A stretch of 64,000 bases of DNA from Mustelus asterias. Lineage: Eukaryota. The DNA lies in the NCBI RefSeq assembly GCF_964213995.1, contig NW_027590175.1:682001-746000 (forward strand). Reading direction: 5' to 3'. Positions 25,101 through 38,049 of the stretch are shown here, piece after piece; the first letter of the stretch is position 1; every line of letters begins with the position of its first letter. The position numbers and the translations under genes are program-made. Below the pieces are notes generated by a model. That model searched no databases, was not told the DNA's origin, and saw only the letters and a program-made list of their open reading frames with translations.

Positions 25101-25939
25101 AATTAAGAAATTAGATCGAATCAGGTAATGATTTTCAATTTAAATATTTCCTGGTTTGTTTAATTCTTACTGTAACACCATATCTGTTAGGGAAATTAAA
25201 CTACACTGAATCTGTTAAATTCGATGTGCTCATTTTCAGCGAAATTGCATTTTTCTGCCCAGTTTTCGAGATTTAAAAGAGACAGGGGAAAATTATTAAA
25301 AGCTGACCCACCGGCCCTGGGAATATTGGATTTTACAGTGTAATTCGATTTTACAGTCGCTTGCGAGGCCAAAATTTGATATCTTTCGCAAGGGTCAAAT
25401 TTTGACTTGAAGTATCCTTGAATGACTGCAGTCCATGTGGTGCCAATGTATCTGCTGTGCTGTTGCAGAGGAAGTCCCAGGACTTTGACCCAGCGACAGT
25501 GAAGCAACAGCGATATTGTTTCAAATATAGACTTGCAAAGGATATAGATCGGGTGGTAGTCCACCCCCCCCCACCCCCCCCCCCCCCAACCAACCTCTCT
25601 CTCTCTCTCTCCCTCACACACATACGCACACACAGACATGCACACACCCGAACACACACACACACACCCTCTCACACATGCACACCCTCTCTTACACAGA
25701 GGCTCACTGTCCCATACACGTACACGCTCAGGCTCTCATACATAATCTCTCTTTCTTATCCACACTCACACACATTTATACATGTCTCTCACACATTCGC
25801 CCTCACATACACCCAACACACAATCTCTCTCTATACACACACAGTCATACGCACGCACACTATCTCACACACGTTTTTTCACATTTTTTCTCTCATTTTT
25901 TCTCTCTCATTTTATCACAAACACGCACTCGACGGACAT

Positions 25940-26680
25940 TTCATGCCCTCAGGCCTGTCCATGGCCTGCTGCAATATTCCAGTGAAGCTCAACACAAACC
26001 GGAGGAACAACACCTCATCTTTCGCTTCGGCGCTTTACTGGCTTCCGGCCTCAACATCGAATTCAATGTCAGATGATTAGCTCTACCCCACTTGGAACCC
26101 CTTGTTTCTTTTTTTTAATGTTCTTTACCTTTGTTTTTCCCCATCTTTCTTTTCTCTCGTTTATTTTCCTTTTTAACATTTTTCTACTTTCATTTCCGAT
26201 CTTTTATTTTTCATTGTATTCGTCTTTCTTTATTTTTCTTCCCACTCTACTCTTACCCCCATTTTACTTTTTTCCTTCTTTCCTTACCCCCCCCCCCCTA
26301 CCCTTTATTCTTTCATTCATCCCTTTTCCTCTTCTTTTCTACTTTTTTCCCACGCTTCTCCCTTTGTCACCCCTCCCCCAACTTCAGGGCCATCTGTTAC
26401 ATCTCTAGTTTACCCTCTGATTTTGACTTCTCTGCCGTTTGGCCATTCACACATTCTATTCTCTCCATGGACTTCCATCAGCACTTCTTAGCACCTTTCC
26501 CTTCGTTCTTGCCTATGACTCATCTTTTATTCCCTCACCCTACAGCATAAATATCTTTCAGTATCTATGCTCTTTAGTTTTGACAAACGGTCGTCCAGAC
26601 TCGAAACATCAGCTCTTTTCTCTCCTTACCGATGCTGCCAAACGTACTGAGCTTGTCCAGCATTTTCCCTTTTTATCAGA
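25940..26680 (+). mobile_element. Penelope-like element 3' fragment
   Basis: ORF end EEQHLIFRFGALLASGLNIEF, typical of the Penelope GIY-YIG C-terminus; pyrimidine-rich tail; degenerate hammerhead-like ttgacaa...ctcgaaac at ~26580-26610. Confidence 0.7.
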
Positions 26681-27171
26681 GGTTCATGTTCTCTCAAACG
26701 TGGCCCTCACGCACACACCAACTATGTTTCATTTGCACGTTCTTTCTCTCTCACTTTTCCCTTCACACACTCTCATACGCACTCAAGTATAAAATAACGC
26801 TGCAAACACACACATTTTCTCTTTCTCTCTCTCTCTCTCTGAGACACACACACTCACGCACACTGTCTCTCACACACAGAGACACTGCCTCACACATGGA
26901 AAATCTCAGGCTCTCACATGCAAATGTCTCTCACACACTCCCTCTCAGACGAACGACACACAATCTCGGCCACACACACGTCTCTCACTCTCCTTTCTCA
27001 CGCAAACACACACCACACACGATCTTTCTTTCATTCTCTCTCTCTCACACACAAACACACGCACGCAAACACACCTACACACACACAAACACACACCCAC
27101 ACTGTCTAACACATATTATCCCCAACACCAGCACTCCACAAGCTATGTCCTCAGCCCCTTACTAAACTTCT

Positions 27172-27410
27172 TATAGTAAGAAGGTTAAATTCCAACAGGT
27201 TTATTTGGAATCACGACCTTTCGGAGCTCTGCTCCTTCGTCACGGGAGTCCACTTTGAGCCGACGGCTTGCGGTGCCGATGATAGCAATGATGTGTAGAT
27301 GCCAGCGTTGGACTGGGGTGGGTACAGTAAGAAGTCGCACAACACCAGGTTAAAGTCCAACAGGTTCATTTGGAATCATGAGCTTTCATAGCGCTGCTCC
27401 ATTATCTGAT
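27172..27410 (-). mobile_element. Two tandem Penelope-like terminal fragments
   Basis: Repeated aggttaaagtccaacaggtttatttggaatcac...ctttcggagc motif. Confidence 0.6.
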
Positions 27411-28335
27411 CCACCCTCACTGACACACATTGACTCACTTATCCTCACTGACCCAAACTCACCCACACTCACTCATTCACCCTCATTCACCCACCCACAC
27501 TCACGCTCAAACAATCACCCTTACTCGCACACCCTCAGTCACTTACACTCTCTCAAACATCCACACTCACCCCGACTCACTCACATGCTCTTATGCACCC
27601 TCTTTCGCTCACACACTCTCATTCATCCACCTTCATTCACTCATCCCCACTCACCCAGCCTCATTCACCCACACTCACCTTCACCCACCCTCACCCTGAC
27701 ACACCCATCGGCATTCATCCTCACTCAACCTCACTCACTCACCATCTCTCAGTCACCCACGCTCACTCTTCCTCAATCACTCGCCGTCACTGAAACTCAA
27801 TCACCTTCACTCACACATCCTGATTCACTCACAATCGCTCACCCTCACTCAGTCACTCATTACAATTCACTAAGACTCACTAATTCACTCTCACTCACTT
27901 TCACCACCTCACTCAGTCACCCTGGTTCACTCACCCAACCTCAGTTACTCTCAGTGACACTCACACACTGTCCAACATCATTCACTCATTCTCACTCACT
28001 CACTTTCACACTACCTCACTCACACAGCGTCACTCAGTCGCCCTCACTCACCCTCACTCACTCACGTTCACTCACACTCACTCATATGCACTCATCTTCA
28101 TCCATCCCCATGCACTCACTCACTCATTGAAACTTAGTTGCGTCACTCACCCTCATTCACTCACCTTCACTCACACTCACTCATGTGCACTCATCTTCAT
28201 CATCCCCATGCACTTATTCAGTCACTGAAACTTCTTTGTGTCACTCACTCTCACTCACTCACCATCATTCAATCAGCCTCACTCACTCACCCTCATCCCT
28301 CACCCAGCATCACTCACTCACACTCTCCCACTCAC
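27410..28335. repeat. (CACT/CACC)n-derived low-complexity tract
   Basis: Top strand strongly depleted of G. Confidence 0.9.
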
Positions 28336-28449
28336 AGTCGCGAAATCGGCGGCGGTGGGTGGGGAGGGAGGTGGGGAGGTGGTGGGGGGGGGGGGTGGTC
28401 TATTCAACAACAGAGAACTGAAGTGAGATCTGCAGACGAGTGATGTCCA

Positions 28450-29105
28450 AATGCAGGAGAATGCCAAGAGAGAGATGAAGGGAAGCTCAAGAGCCAGGGA
28501 AACTGCACAGAGGCGGGGAAACCACAGGATGCAAGTGGAAATGGCCGACAGCCAGGGAAATTCAGAGACCAGGTTAAAGGATGGACAGCCGGTGGAACGG
28601 GCACAAAGATGAAAGGAAGTACAGAGAGTCGGAGAAAATTACAGAATGCCTTGGAAAAGAGTACAGAACCGGAGGAAAATGCAGGGAGTCGGGGGGAAAG
28701 GGCTGAGAACCATGGGAAAGGGCATACAGCCGGGTGATTGGGAAAAGAGCTGGCGGGAAAGAGCAGAGAGCCAGGGGGAATGGCAGGATGCCGGTGAAAA
28801 AAGCAAGGAGTCGGGGGAAAGGGCAAAGAGGCGGGGAAAAGGGCAGAGAGCCGGGGGACAATGGTAGAGAGAGAGTGGAGATACAGGAAGGAACGTAGCA
28901 TACAGAAAGTCCAGAAAGAGCAGAGAAAGGGCACAGAGCCTGGGGAAAGTGTAGGGAGAGGGAGTCATGGCAGAGACGCGGGGAAAAGCGAAGTGGGGGG
29001 GCGGGGGTCAAATGTGCAGAGAGCATAGTGAGACGGGTCAAAGCGCAGGGAGCCGGGGAAAAATGTGGAAAGCCGAGGGATCGGGGAAAGATCCGGGAAA
29101 GAGTA
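28450..29105. repeat. Purine/G-rich ~20-bp minisatellite (GGGAAAGGGCAGAGAGCCGG-like)
   Basis: Roughly 30 degenerate units. Confidence 0.85.
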
Positions 29106-29271
29106 GACAGCTAACTTTCCGTAGGCGAGGGGAAAGGTTGGAATATGGAGTTAACAGCACAATCAGTTCAGCCATGATGTTACTGAATGGAGGAGAAAGC
29201 TCAAGGGGCGGAATGTCCTTCTCATGCTTTGAATGTATGGTCCTAAGATTAGAGAAAATTGTTTAATTATT

Positions 29272-30270
29272 TTGTTTATTCATTCTTGGGATATGGGCTC
29301 GCTGGATGGCCAGCCTTTATTGCCCATCCCTGGTTGCCCTCGAGAAGGTGGTGGTGAGCTGCCTTCTTGAATCGCTGCAGTTCATGTTCTGTGGAATGCC
29401 GTTAGGGAGGGAATTCCAGGATTTTGACCCAGCGACTGCGAAGGAACGGCGATATATTTCCAAGTCGGGATGGTGAACGGCTTGGAGGGGAACTTGCAGG
29501 TGGAGGTGTTCCCATTTATCTGCCGCCGTTGTCCTTTTAGATGCAAGAGTTCTTGAGTGTGGAAGCTGCTGTCTAAGAATCTTTGGTCAATTGCTGCAGT
29601 GCATCTTGCAGATAGCATACACTGCTGCTACTGAGCGTCGGTGGTGGAGAGATTGGATCTTTGTAGATCCGTGGCAATCAAGCGGGCTGCTTTGTCCGGG
29701 ATGGTGTCAAGCTTCCTGAGTGTTGTTGGAGCTGCACCCATCCAGCCAAGTGGGGAGTATTCCATTGCACTTTTGACAAGTACCTTTTAGTTGATTGATA
29801 GGCTTTGGGGAGTCAGGAGTTGAGTTACTCGCCGCGGTATTCCTAGCCTCTGAACTGTTCTCGTAGCCACTGTGTTTATGTGGTGTGCCCAGTTGAGTTT
29901 CTGGTCAATGGTAACCCCAAAAGTGTCGACATTGATTCAGTGATGTTAACACCATCAAAAGTCAAGGGACTGTGTTTAGAGTTTCCCTTATTTGTGATTG
30001 TCATTGCCTGGCATTTGTGTGGCGCGAATGTTACTTGCCACCTGTCAGACTCAAGCCTGGATATTGTCCAGATCTTGTTGCATTTGAACATGGACTGCTT
30101 CACCATCTGATGAGTGGCGAATCATTGGTGAATATCCCCACTTCTGACCTTACGACGGAGGGAAGGTCATTGCTGAAGCAGCTGAAGACTGTTCGGCTTA
30201 GGATACTACCCGAAGGCAGAGATGTTCTTGAGCTGAGATGACTGACCCTCCATAACCACAGCCACCTTCC
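29272..30270 (-). mobile_element. LINE (CR1/L2-group) 3' fragment in the J-C intron
   Basis: Minus ORF 29876..30106 (DRWQVTFAPHKCQAM); 3' end resembles the second SINE family tail. Confidence 0.7.
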
Positions 30271-30530
30271 TATGGACTATCACTTGCTGATTTTGCCGTT
30301 CGTCATGCAAGTCGTCTTTGTAGTTCAAGTAGTAATTGCAATTGCTTGAATTAGTATTGACAGTTAGGGCATATGATGATTACATAAATATTCATCCTGA
30401 TGGCATTTTTAAAGCAAAGTCACGAATCATTGTTTTTGGGGCTTTGGGTGTTGTAGGAGGGGGCGTTTGGTGGCAGAGGGATGGAAAGAGGAGGAGAGGG
30501 GCATTAGTGGGCTTGAACACTGGCAATTTG

Positions 30531-30908
30531 GCCGCATGGTGGCACAGTGTTTAGCACTGCTGCCTCTCAGCGCCAGGGACCCAGGCTCGATTTCAACCCC
30601 AGTCACTGTCTGTGTGGAGTTTGTACATCCTCTCCGTGCCTGCGTGGGTTTCCTTCGGGTGCTCCGGTTTCCTCCCACACTCCAAAGATGTGCGGGTTAC
30701 ATTGACTGGCCAGGCTAAATTGACCCTAGTGTCAGGGGGATTAGCAGGGTAATATTCGATATGAAATGTGTTTACAGAGAATATTCCACGAGCTGGCAGG
30801 GTTCGCAAGAGCAGTAGCAGGGTTTGGGAATAGGGCCTGGGTGGGATTGTCATTGGTACAGACTAAATGGGCCAAATGGCCTCCTTCTGTACTGTAGGGA
30901 TTCTCTAA
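30531..30908 (+). mobile_element. HE1-type SINE upstream of Cmu1
   Basis: Same structure as 5610-5950. Confidence 0.88.
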
Positions 30909-31295
30909 TTTCCAAAACTGCAACGACATAAATGTAGAGACAACTTCCTCCTCACCAACTGTTGATGATTGAGAAACAAATGGTCGCAGAGTTGATGGAC
31001 TGAATCCGCTGTCTCTTCTCTTTTGATCCAATGCCATGTATGTCATTCAGATAACGTCAAAATGTTTTTTTTCTCCAATGTGACAGAGACGGAGAAAGAG
31101 ATGTGAGTTTCTACAGAGGGAAGGAACAGGTGATGGTTTCTAACTAATAGCACAAATAAAATCTCAAATGTGATGTAGGTTTTGTTCGGAAATATTAGCA
31201 TAACCTCACAGTTCTGGTCAAATCCTGAAATGTCTGCTGGCTTAGTAATCGCAAATAACAGAGTCTAACTTGTTATATCGGCCATTCTTTCCCAG

Positions 31296-31595
31296 CGACA
31301 CCGTCTCCGCTCGTTCTCCACAACCTGGTCTCCTCCTGTCAGCAACACAACACCGACGGCACCGTCACCTACGGCTGCTTGGCGATGGACTACTTCCCAG
31401 AAATCACCAGGCTGACCTGGAAGAAAGATGGACAGCCGATCACCACTGGAGTTAAGACTTACCCATCAATGAGAAACACAAAGGGAACCTACACCCTAAG
31501 CAGCCAATTAACCATCACCGAGTCAGAGGGAGCATGCAGCAACATCAACTGTGAGGTTCGACACAGCGGTTCAGATAAGAGCATTGAAATGCAAT
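31296..31595 (+). CDS. IGHM: IgM constant exon Cmu1
   Basis: Acceptor tttcccag. Translates [35 protein letters not shown]...WKKDG...[15 protein letters not shown]; donor GTAAG at 31596; 300 nt. Confidence 0.95.
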
Positions 31596-31802
31596 GTAAG
31601 TGTTGTAGAAATTGTACATAACAAAATTCCTTTGATTAACCTGTATGTGACATTTGTTATAACTAATTTATAGAGATCTGCATATTCTTGACCCCTGGAA
31701 TATCCAGGTTTGTGTCCATTGACTGCAAATGAATTGATAATACAGAATGCATTTGATTGATCAACATCTTCTGCTGAAAATGATTAACATGTGTTTCTGA
31801 AG

Positions 31803-32117
31803 GTCCTCGAGATGACATCGCACCAACCGTTATCCTCACCGTGAGTTCCAGTGAAGAAATCACAAGAAGCAAATTTGCAACCGTTATCTGTTCAATTATC
31901 GATTTCTTTCCAAAGTCAATGACGGTGAAGTGGCTGAAGAATGGACAACCCATGGATTCAGGAATTGTCACCTCTCCCGCCTGGAATGCGAATGGGAACT
32001 TCTCGGCGAGCAGTGGGCTGACAGTCTCCGCTGGAGAATGGTTCAGCAAAGCAGTCTATACCTGCCAGGTCACTCATCAAGGCCTCCTCCAAAGTCGAAA
32101 CATCACTGGATCTCTGG
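31803..32117 (+). CDS. IGHM: IgM constant exon Cmu2
   Basis: [37 protein letters not shown]...WLKNG...YTCQVTHQ...ITGSL; AG at 31801-2, donor GTAAG at 32118. Confidence 0.95.
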
Positions 32118-32795
32118 GTAAGAGGCACAGACCAATAAAGAAATTGGTTACTCTGCGCTCTGCTTTTAATCAAAACCAAAAATGATTGAAGTTAGGACAT
32201 AGCAGGCAACAAATTCTTAGTTATTTCTATGTAGTTTGTGTTTCATTCTAATGTAAGAGCTCCATTTGGATTGCTCACTATTCAGGATTTTATCAGAATT
32301 GCAAACAATGATTCCCCCAACTTTGATACTTTGATGTCATATAGTGAGAGAGGTGGAATTGATACCAGCTTTATCCTTTGATTTCATTTATTAGTGTGAC
32401 ATGCATTAATATGCACAGAAATTCCTGAGGCAGCTGATAATATTTGGACTGATGTCGTTGTCTGGTAACACCTTTAGGGTAATGTGTTGAAAAGTGCATT
32501 CACCCTATTTATAAACCAACGTTCAGGACTGCATTCCTGAGATCAGGAATGATATATTTGTATTGGGAAAGTTGCAATGTCGATTCATTAGAATGGGAGT
32601 GGAGCAGAAATATTTTAACAATGAGAATAGTTTTCCCAGACCAAGCTGGTTTTTCATTGACTATAGAAGATTAAGGGCGATGGTTGGAGTTTGATATCTC
32701 GAAGTTGATTTATTCCATTTAGAGTGTGAGGGCTGAATAATGTTGTCTTGATTCTGAAGATGGAACTTGTGTTGATTTTCATTTTTCCTTTGCAG

Positions 32796-33104
32796 ATTCT
32801 TACCAGAATGCTGATTCCACCTTGACAATACTGCCACCACCAATTGAACAGGTCTTACTGGAGGCTACTGTAACCTTAACCTGTGTCATATCTCATGCTC
32901 CTTATGGACTCAACGTGTCCTGGAGCCAAGACAAGAAGGCTTTGAAATCAGAAATTGCTGAAAAGCCTGGAGAGGATCCTTACAGCGTCGTCAGCAACTT
33001 AAACATCTCAACACAAGCCTGGCTGAGTGGGACTGTGTTTGACTGCATTGCGAACCATGAGGATCTGCCGACACCTTTAAGAAAATCCGTCCACAAGGAA
33101 GAAG
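32796..33104 (+). CDS. IGHM: IgM constant exon Cmu3
   Basis: [43 protein letters not shown]...[22 protein letters not shown]; acceptor tttgcag, donor GTGAGT at 33105. Confidence 0.95.
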
Positions 33105-33329
33105 GTGAGTGGAGGGATTGGAGCGATTAATGAGCCATTGTGTCTATTTACATGATATGTGTAAAGTCAATATGTATTATTCCATGTTCTTTTGGCCTCC
33201 CCTGATTGGTAATTCCATTAACTAAACACTCTGGTCGTGCGGACTTTTTTAAATGGGGAAATTGATAAGTTGATGAATGAACAATGAATTGAAGGTGGTG
33301 AGATTGGCTTAGATTGAGTAAGAGCATGG

Positions 33330-34920
33330 GCAGTAAGTTATAGTCATTCGACCCTTTGAGTATGCTCTGGCATTCAGTGAGATCATGACACATCCGATAG
33401 GGTAACGTTGCACCACTTTCCCGCCCCAACTCCATATTTGTTGATTCCCTTATTGATTACAAATTTGTCTACGAACATACTTAATGACCCAGCGTCTAGA
33501 GACCACTGTAGTAAATAATTTAACAGATTCACTACCCTCTGAGAGGAAATTCCTCCTTATCCCTGTCCTAAATGGCCCAGTCCCTTACTCAGATATTATA
33601 CCTTGTAGTCCGAGACTCTTCCACAAAAGGGGAGAAAAGAAATTTCTCAGCATCTACCCTGTCCCGACACCTGAGCATGATATATAGCTCAATAAGGTTG
33701 CCTCACATTCATCTAATCTCCAGTGAGTTACATGGCAGACCTCCTCAACCATTCCTCGAAGGAACATGCATCAAATCGCATTTGTCCGGATAAAATTCCA
33801 TCTGACATTTCCCCTCCCAAATTGTCAGTCTACCTATATCCTGCTGTATTATTTGACAATCCTCATCACTATCCGCAGTTCCAGCAATCTTAGTATCATC
33901 CGCACATTTTCTAATGATGCCAGCTGCATGTTATTGAAGTAATGTATATAAGATATATATATATTTATATATATTACAAACAACAGAGGTTTCAGCATTG
34001 ATCCGTGGGGAACACCACCAGTTATGGACCGCCATTCAGAAAAAAGAAACATCCTTCCACCGCTACGGTCTTCTATGGCCAAGCTAGTTCTGACTTCATC
34101 CAGCGAGTTCACCCTTGATGCCATGTTATTGAACCTTTTGCACCAGCCTGCCATGCGGGATCTTTTTAAATGCTTTACTAAATTCCATGTAGACAACATT
34201 CACGGCCTTTCCCTCGTCAATCATTTCTGTCATTTCCTTATTTATTGGGATCAAAACTCTTCACCATTTGAAGATTGTGCCAGGTTGCATCGTTTATCCT
34301 TTTTTCCCTATTGTTATATTCCATTCCTTTTAAAATGATGCCCAACATTCCATTTGTATTTCTCATTACCTGCTGAACTTGCACGCTAGTTTTTGTGATA
34401 TATGCACGATGATCCCCAAATCGCATGTTGCTGCAGCTTTATGCTGTTTTTGTCCATTTAAATAATATTCAACCCCTTTACTCTTCCCAACAATGTGCAT
34501 AAATTCACATTGTCCTGCATTATATTCCACCTGCCAAGTTTTTGTTCACTTGCTTAACCTGCTCATATTCCTCTGCAGATTTTTTGCAAAATTCTCATCA
34601 CTTGCCTTCCCACCTATTTTGTTCGATCCGCAAACCTAACTATTGTACATTCAACTATCTTGTTTACCTCATTTCCATATATCATCAATAATGCTGATCC
34701 CAGCAGCGGTTCTAGTGGCACTCTACTAGTTACAGTTTGCCATCTTGTAAATGCTCCCCGGATCCAAATTTTCTGGCTTCTTTTAGTTAGCCCATTCTCT
34801 GTCCATGATGATATAATACCGCCAACACTATGGCCTCTTTTCTTATTAAGTAGCCTTTTGTGCATTTCCCTATTGAATGCTTTTTGGAAATCCAAGTGCA
34901 TTGCATTTATTGGTTTCCCC
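33330..34920 (-). mobile_element. Old CR1 fragments in the Cmu3-Cmu4 intron
   Basis: Minus-strand ORFs with [16 protein letters not shown] (33849..34199) and LDFQKAF...RFAD (34614..34901). Confidence 0.75.
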
Positions 34921-35145
34921 TGTACCTCTGGGGGTAAGATAGGAAGGGCCTGGTGCAGAATTGAAATCCAGAACAGTAGGGAGCAAAGAAAAGCATATCA
35001 ATCTCTGCTCCGAACTGGGAAACCGGGCAGATCACAAAGATGAACATTTAAACCCATACATCCAAAACATTCCCCTCGCCTCTGGTCTACCGTTTAATTG
35101 TATCTGGAACTCTCCACTTTATTGACATTTATTATATATTTTCAG

Positions 35146-35540
35146 CAGATCCAAATCCGCGGGAACCGTCCGTTTCTGTCCTCATGCCCTCCGCAGAAGA
35201 AGTCTCCGCTCAAAAAATAGTCTCCCTCTCCTGCTTAGTGAGAGGTTTCTCCCCCCGAGAGATCTTCGTCAAGTGGACCTTCAAAGACAAGCCGGTGAAC
35301 CCCGGGAACTACAGTAACACGAAGGTGATGGCGGAGAACGGCAATAGCTCCTTCTTCATGTACAGTCTGTTATCCATTGCAGCGTTGGAGTGGGCCAGCG
35401 GCGCTTCTTACTCCTGTGTGGTGGGACATGAAGCCATCCCCTTGAAGATCATCAACAGAACGGTTGATAAATCCAGCGGTAAACCCAGTTTTGTGAACAT
35501 TTCTCTTGCACTGATGGACACCGTTAATTCCTGTCATTGA
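35146..35540 (+). CDS. IGHM: IgM constant exon Cmu4 plus secretory tailpiece
   Basis: [32 protein letters not shown]...[11 protein letters not shown]...DKSS|[20 protein letters not shown]. Internal donor G|GTAAA at 35478/35479 for TM splicing; the tail has an NIS sequon and a penultimate Cys. Confidence 0.96.
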
Positions 35541-35567
35541 GAATCACTCGGTTACATTCAGAACTTC

Positions 35568-35582
35568 AATAAAAGTAATAAA
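35568..35582 (+). terminator. Secretory-form polyadenylation signals (two AATAAA)
   Basis: AATAAA at 35568 and 35577, just after the tailpiece stop, followed by T-rich sequence. Confidence 0.85.
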
Positions 35583-35813
35583 AGCTTTTTTCTCCAACGA
35601 TGAATGAAATACCCGATCGCTTAGTTGATTGTTTTCCTGTTTTACTTACGTTAGATATCTTTGGTTTGGGTCTCATATTTACAGGTCTCGCTCCCAATTC
35701 TTGGTAACCAGCGATCCCCGTTCAGATACACACTATCGAAACTGAGGTGGAGGTCCATTAACTCACGCACCGAACCCCACTTGCCTCAATTAAAAGACGA
35801 GGAATGCGATTAT

Positions 35814-36140
35814 AGAGAATCATAGAATCTTGTCGTGCAGAAGGAGGCCGTTCGGCCCATCGAGTCTGCACAGACCACAATCCCACCCAGACCCAATCCC
35901 CTTCATCCCATGCATTTACCCTAGCTAGTCCCCCTGACACTAAGGGGCAATTTAGCATCGCCAATCCACCTAGCCTGCATATCTTTGGACTGTGGAAGGA
36001 AATCAGAGCACCTGGAGGAAACGCACGCAGACACGGGGAAACCTGCAGAACCCACACACACAGTGACCCAAACCGGTAATCGAACCCACGTCCCTGGCGC
36101 TGTGAAGCAGCAGTGTTAATCACTGTGCCACCGTGGAGCC
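35814..36140 (-). mobile_element. HE1-type SINE downstream of the secretory polyA
   Basis: Reverse complement of the same SINE. Confidence 0.88.
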
Positions 36141-36299
36141 ACAAACGTAACCCACTGTGGCTCCAGTTCCTCTGCGGATAGATCCAAAAGGGTAATTACC
36201 GGCGAAACAGAGCAAACTATGAGCTCACTATTTCCCTCTCCTCAGACAGTGCATTCGGAAGGGCATTTCCGATAAGAACTCAGTTGCCATCAGTAGAAA

Positions 36300-37695
36300 T
36301 TGACTTTTATTTCCGGGATTTTAGAGTCCATTATTAAAGATGAGATCGCAGAGTATTTGGAAGTGCATGACAACGTAGGACTGAGTCAGCACGGCTTTGT
36401 CAAGGGGAAGTCATGTCTGTCAAATCTGCTGGAGTACTTTGAGGATGTAACAAGGACGTTAGATAAAGGAGAACAAGTATATGTGATTTGTTTAGATTTC
36501 CAGAAGGTCTTTGACATGGTGCTGCATAGGAGACTGTTAAAGAAGTTAATTGCCCATGGTGTTAAGGGTAAGATCCTGGCATGGATAGAGGATTGGTTGA
36601 CTGGCAGAAGGCAGAGAGTTGGGGGTAAAGGGGTCTTTTTCAGGATGTCAACCGGTGACTAGTGGTGTGCCTCACGGGTCGGTGCTGGGACCACAACATT
36701 TCACAATATACATTAACGATTTGGAAGAAGGAACTGAAGGCACTGTTGCTCAGTTTGCAGATGATACGAAGATATATAGAGGGACAGGTAGTATTGAGGA
36801 AGCAGGGGGGCTGGAGAAGGACTCGGACAGGTTAGGAGAGTGGGAAAAGAAGTGGCAGATGGAATACAATGTGGAAAAGTGTGAGGTTATGTATTTTGAA
36901 AGGAGGAATGGAGGCATACACTACTTTCTAAATCGGAAAATGCTTAGGAAATCAGAAACACAAAGGGACTTGGGTGTCATTTTTCAACATTCTTGTGAGG
37001 TTGATGTGCAGCTTCAGTCGGCAATTAGGAAGGCAAATGCAATGTTAGCATTCATGTCGAGAGGGCCAGAATACAAGAACAGGGATGTATTTCTGAGGCT
37101 GCATAATGCTCTGGTCAGACATCATTTGGAGTATTTTGAGCCGTTTTGGGCCTCATATCTAAGGAAGGATGTGCTGACCTTGAAAAGGGTCCAGAGGAGG
37201 TACACAAAATTATCCCTGGAATGGAGAGCGTGTCGTATGAGGAACGGTTGAGGACTCTAGGTTAATACTTGTTGGAGCTCAGAAGAGTGAGGGGGGATCT
37301 TATTGAAACTTACAGGATACTGCGAGGCCTGGATAGAGTGTTTGTGTGAGGATGTTTCCACTCGTAGGAAAAACTAGAACCAGATGGCTAAACCTCAGGC
37401 TAAAGGGACGATCCTTTAAAACAGAGAACCATAGAACCATAGATGAGGACTAATTTATTCAGCCAGAGAGTGGTGAATCTATGGAACTCTTTGCCGCAGA
37501 AGGCTGTGGAGGCCAGGTCATTGAGTGTCTTTAAGACATAAATAGATAGTTTCTTGATTAATAAGGGGGCCAGGGGTTATGGGGAAAAGACAAGAGAATG
37601 GGGATGAGAAAACGATCAGCCATGATTGAATGGCTGAGCAGACTCGATGGGCCGAGTGGCCTAATTCTGCTCCTAGGTCTTATGGTCTTATGGAC
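36300..37695 (+). mobile_element. Decayed 5'-truncated CR1 in the Cmu4-TM intron
   Basis: ORFs 36300..36662 and 36619..37251 carry RT motifs; (GGTCTTAT)n tail. Confidence 0.88.
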
Positions 37696-38049
37696 CTCTG
37701 GATTATTGGCCGCAGAGTTTAAACTTCCATTTTGTGAAACATTTCATAAAATATATATTTATCCAAAACTTAAAAATGTTTCAACACTCTTGCTCCTGTT
37801 AGTCATATGCTGGGATTGATTTCTCACAACCCAAATTTAAGCCAACGATTGAATTCTCTCCGGTTTTTACAGTTTTCTCCATGAGTATTCTGAGACGCAT
37901 CAATGAATTATTGCATTCACTCATCTGATGTCACCTTGCCGCTCACATAAAAGACATTAGCCACAAACATTGGAAATATTATCCATAATTTTTATTGTCC
38001 GGGTCAGGCTTGATTAATGGTTACCCGTGAAACTTGGAACAGCAATAAG

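Noticed and set aside
26918-26925. ATGCAAAT octamer in the J-C intron
   Set aside because: Lies inside a CA-rich tract with no supporting motif cluster; also seen in other unrelated places (e.g. 38222).
25196-29041. Long His/Thr/Ser/Pro- or Phe/Leu-rich ORFs (also 38004-38995)
   Set aside because: Translations of low-complexity repeats.
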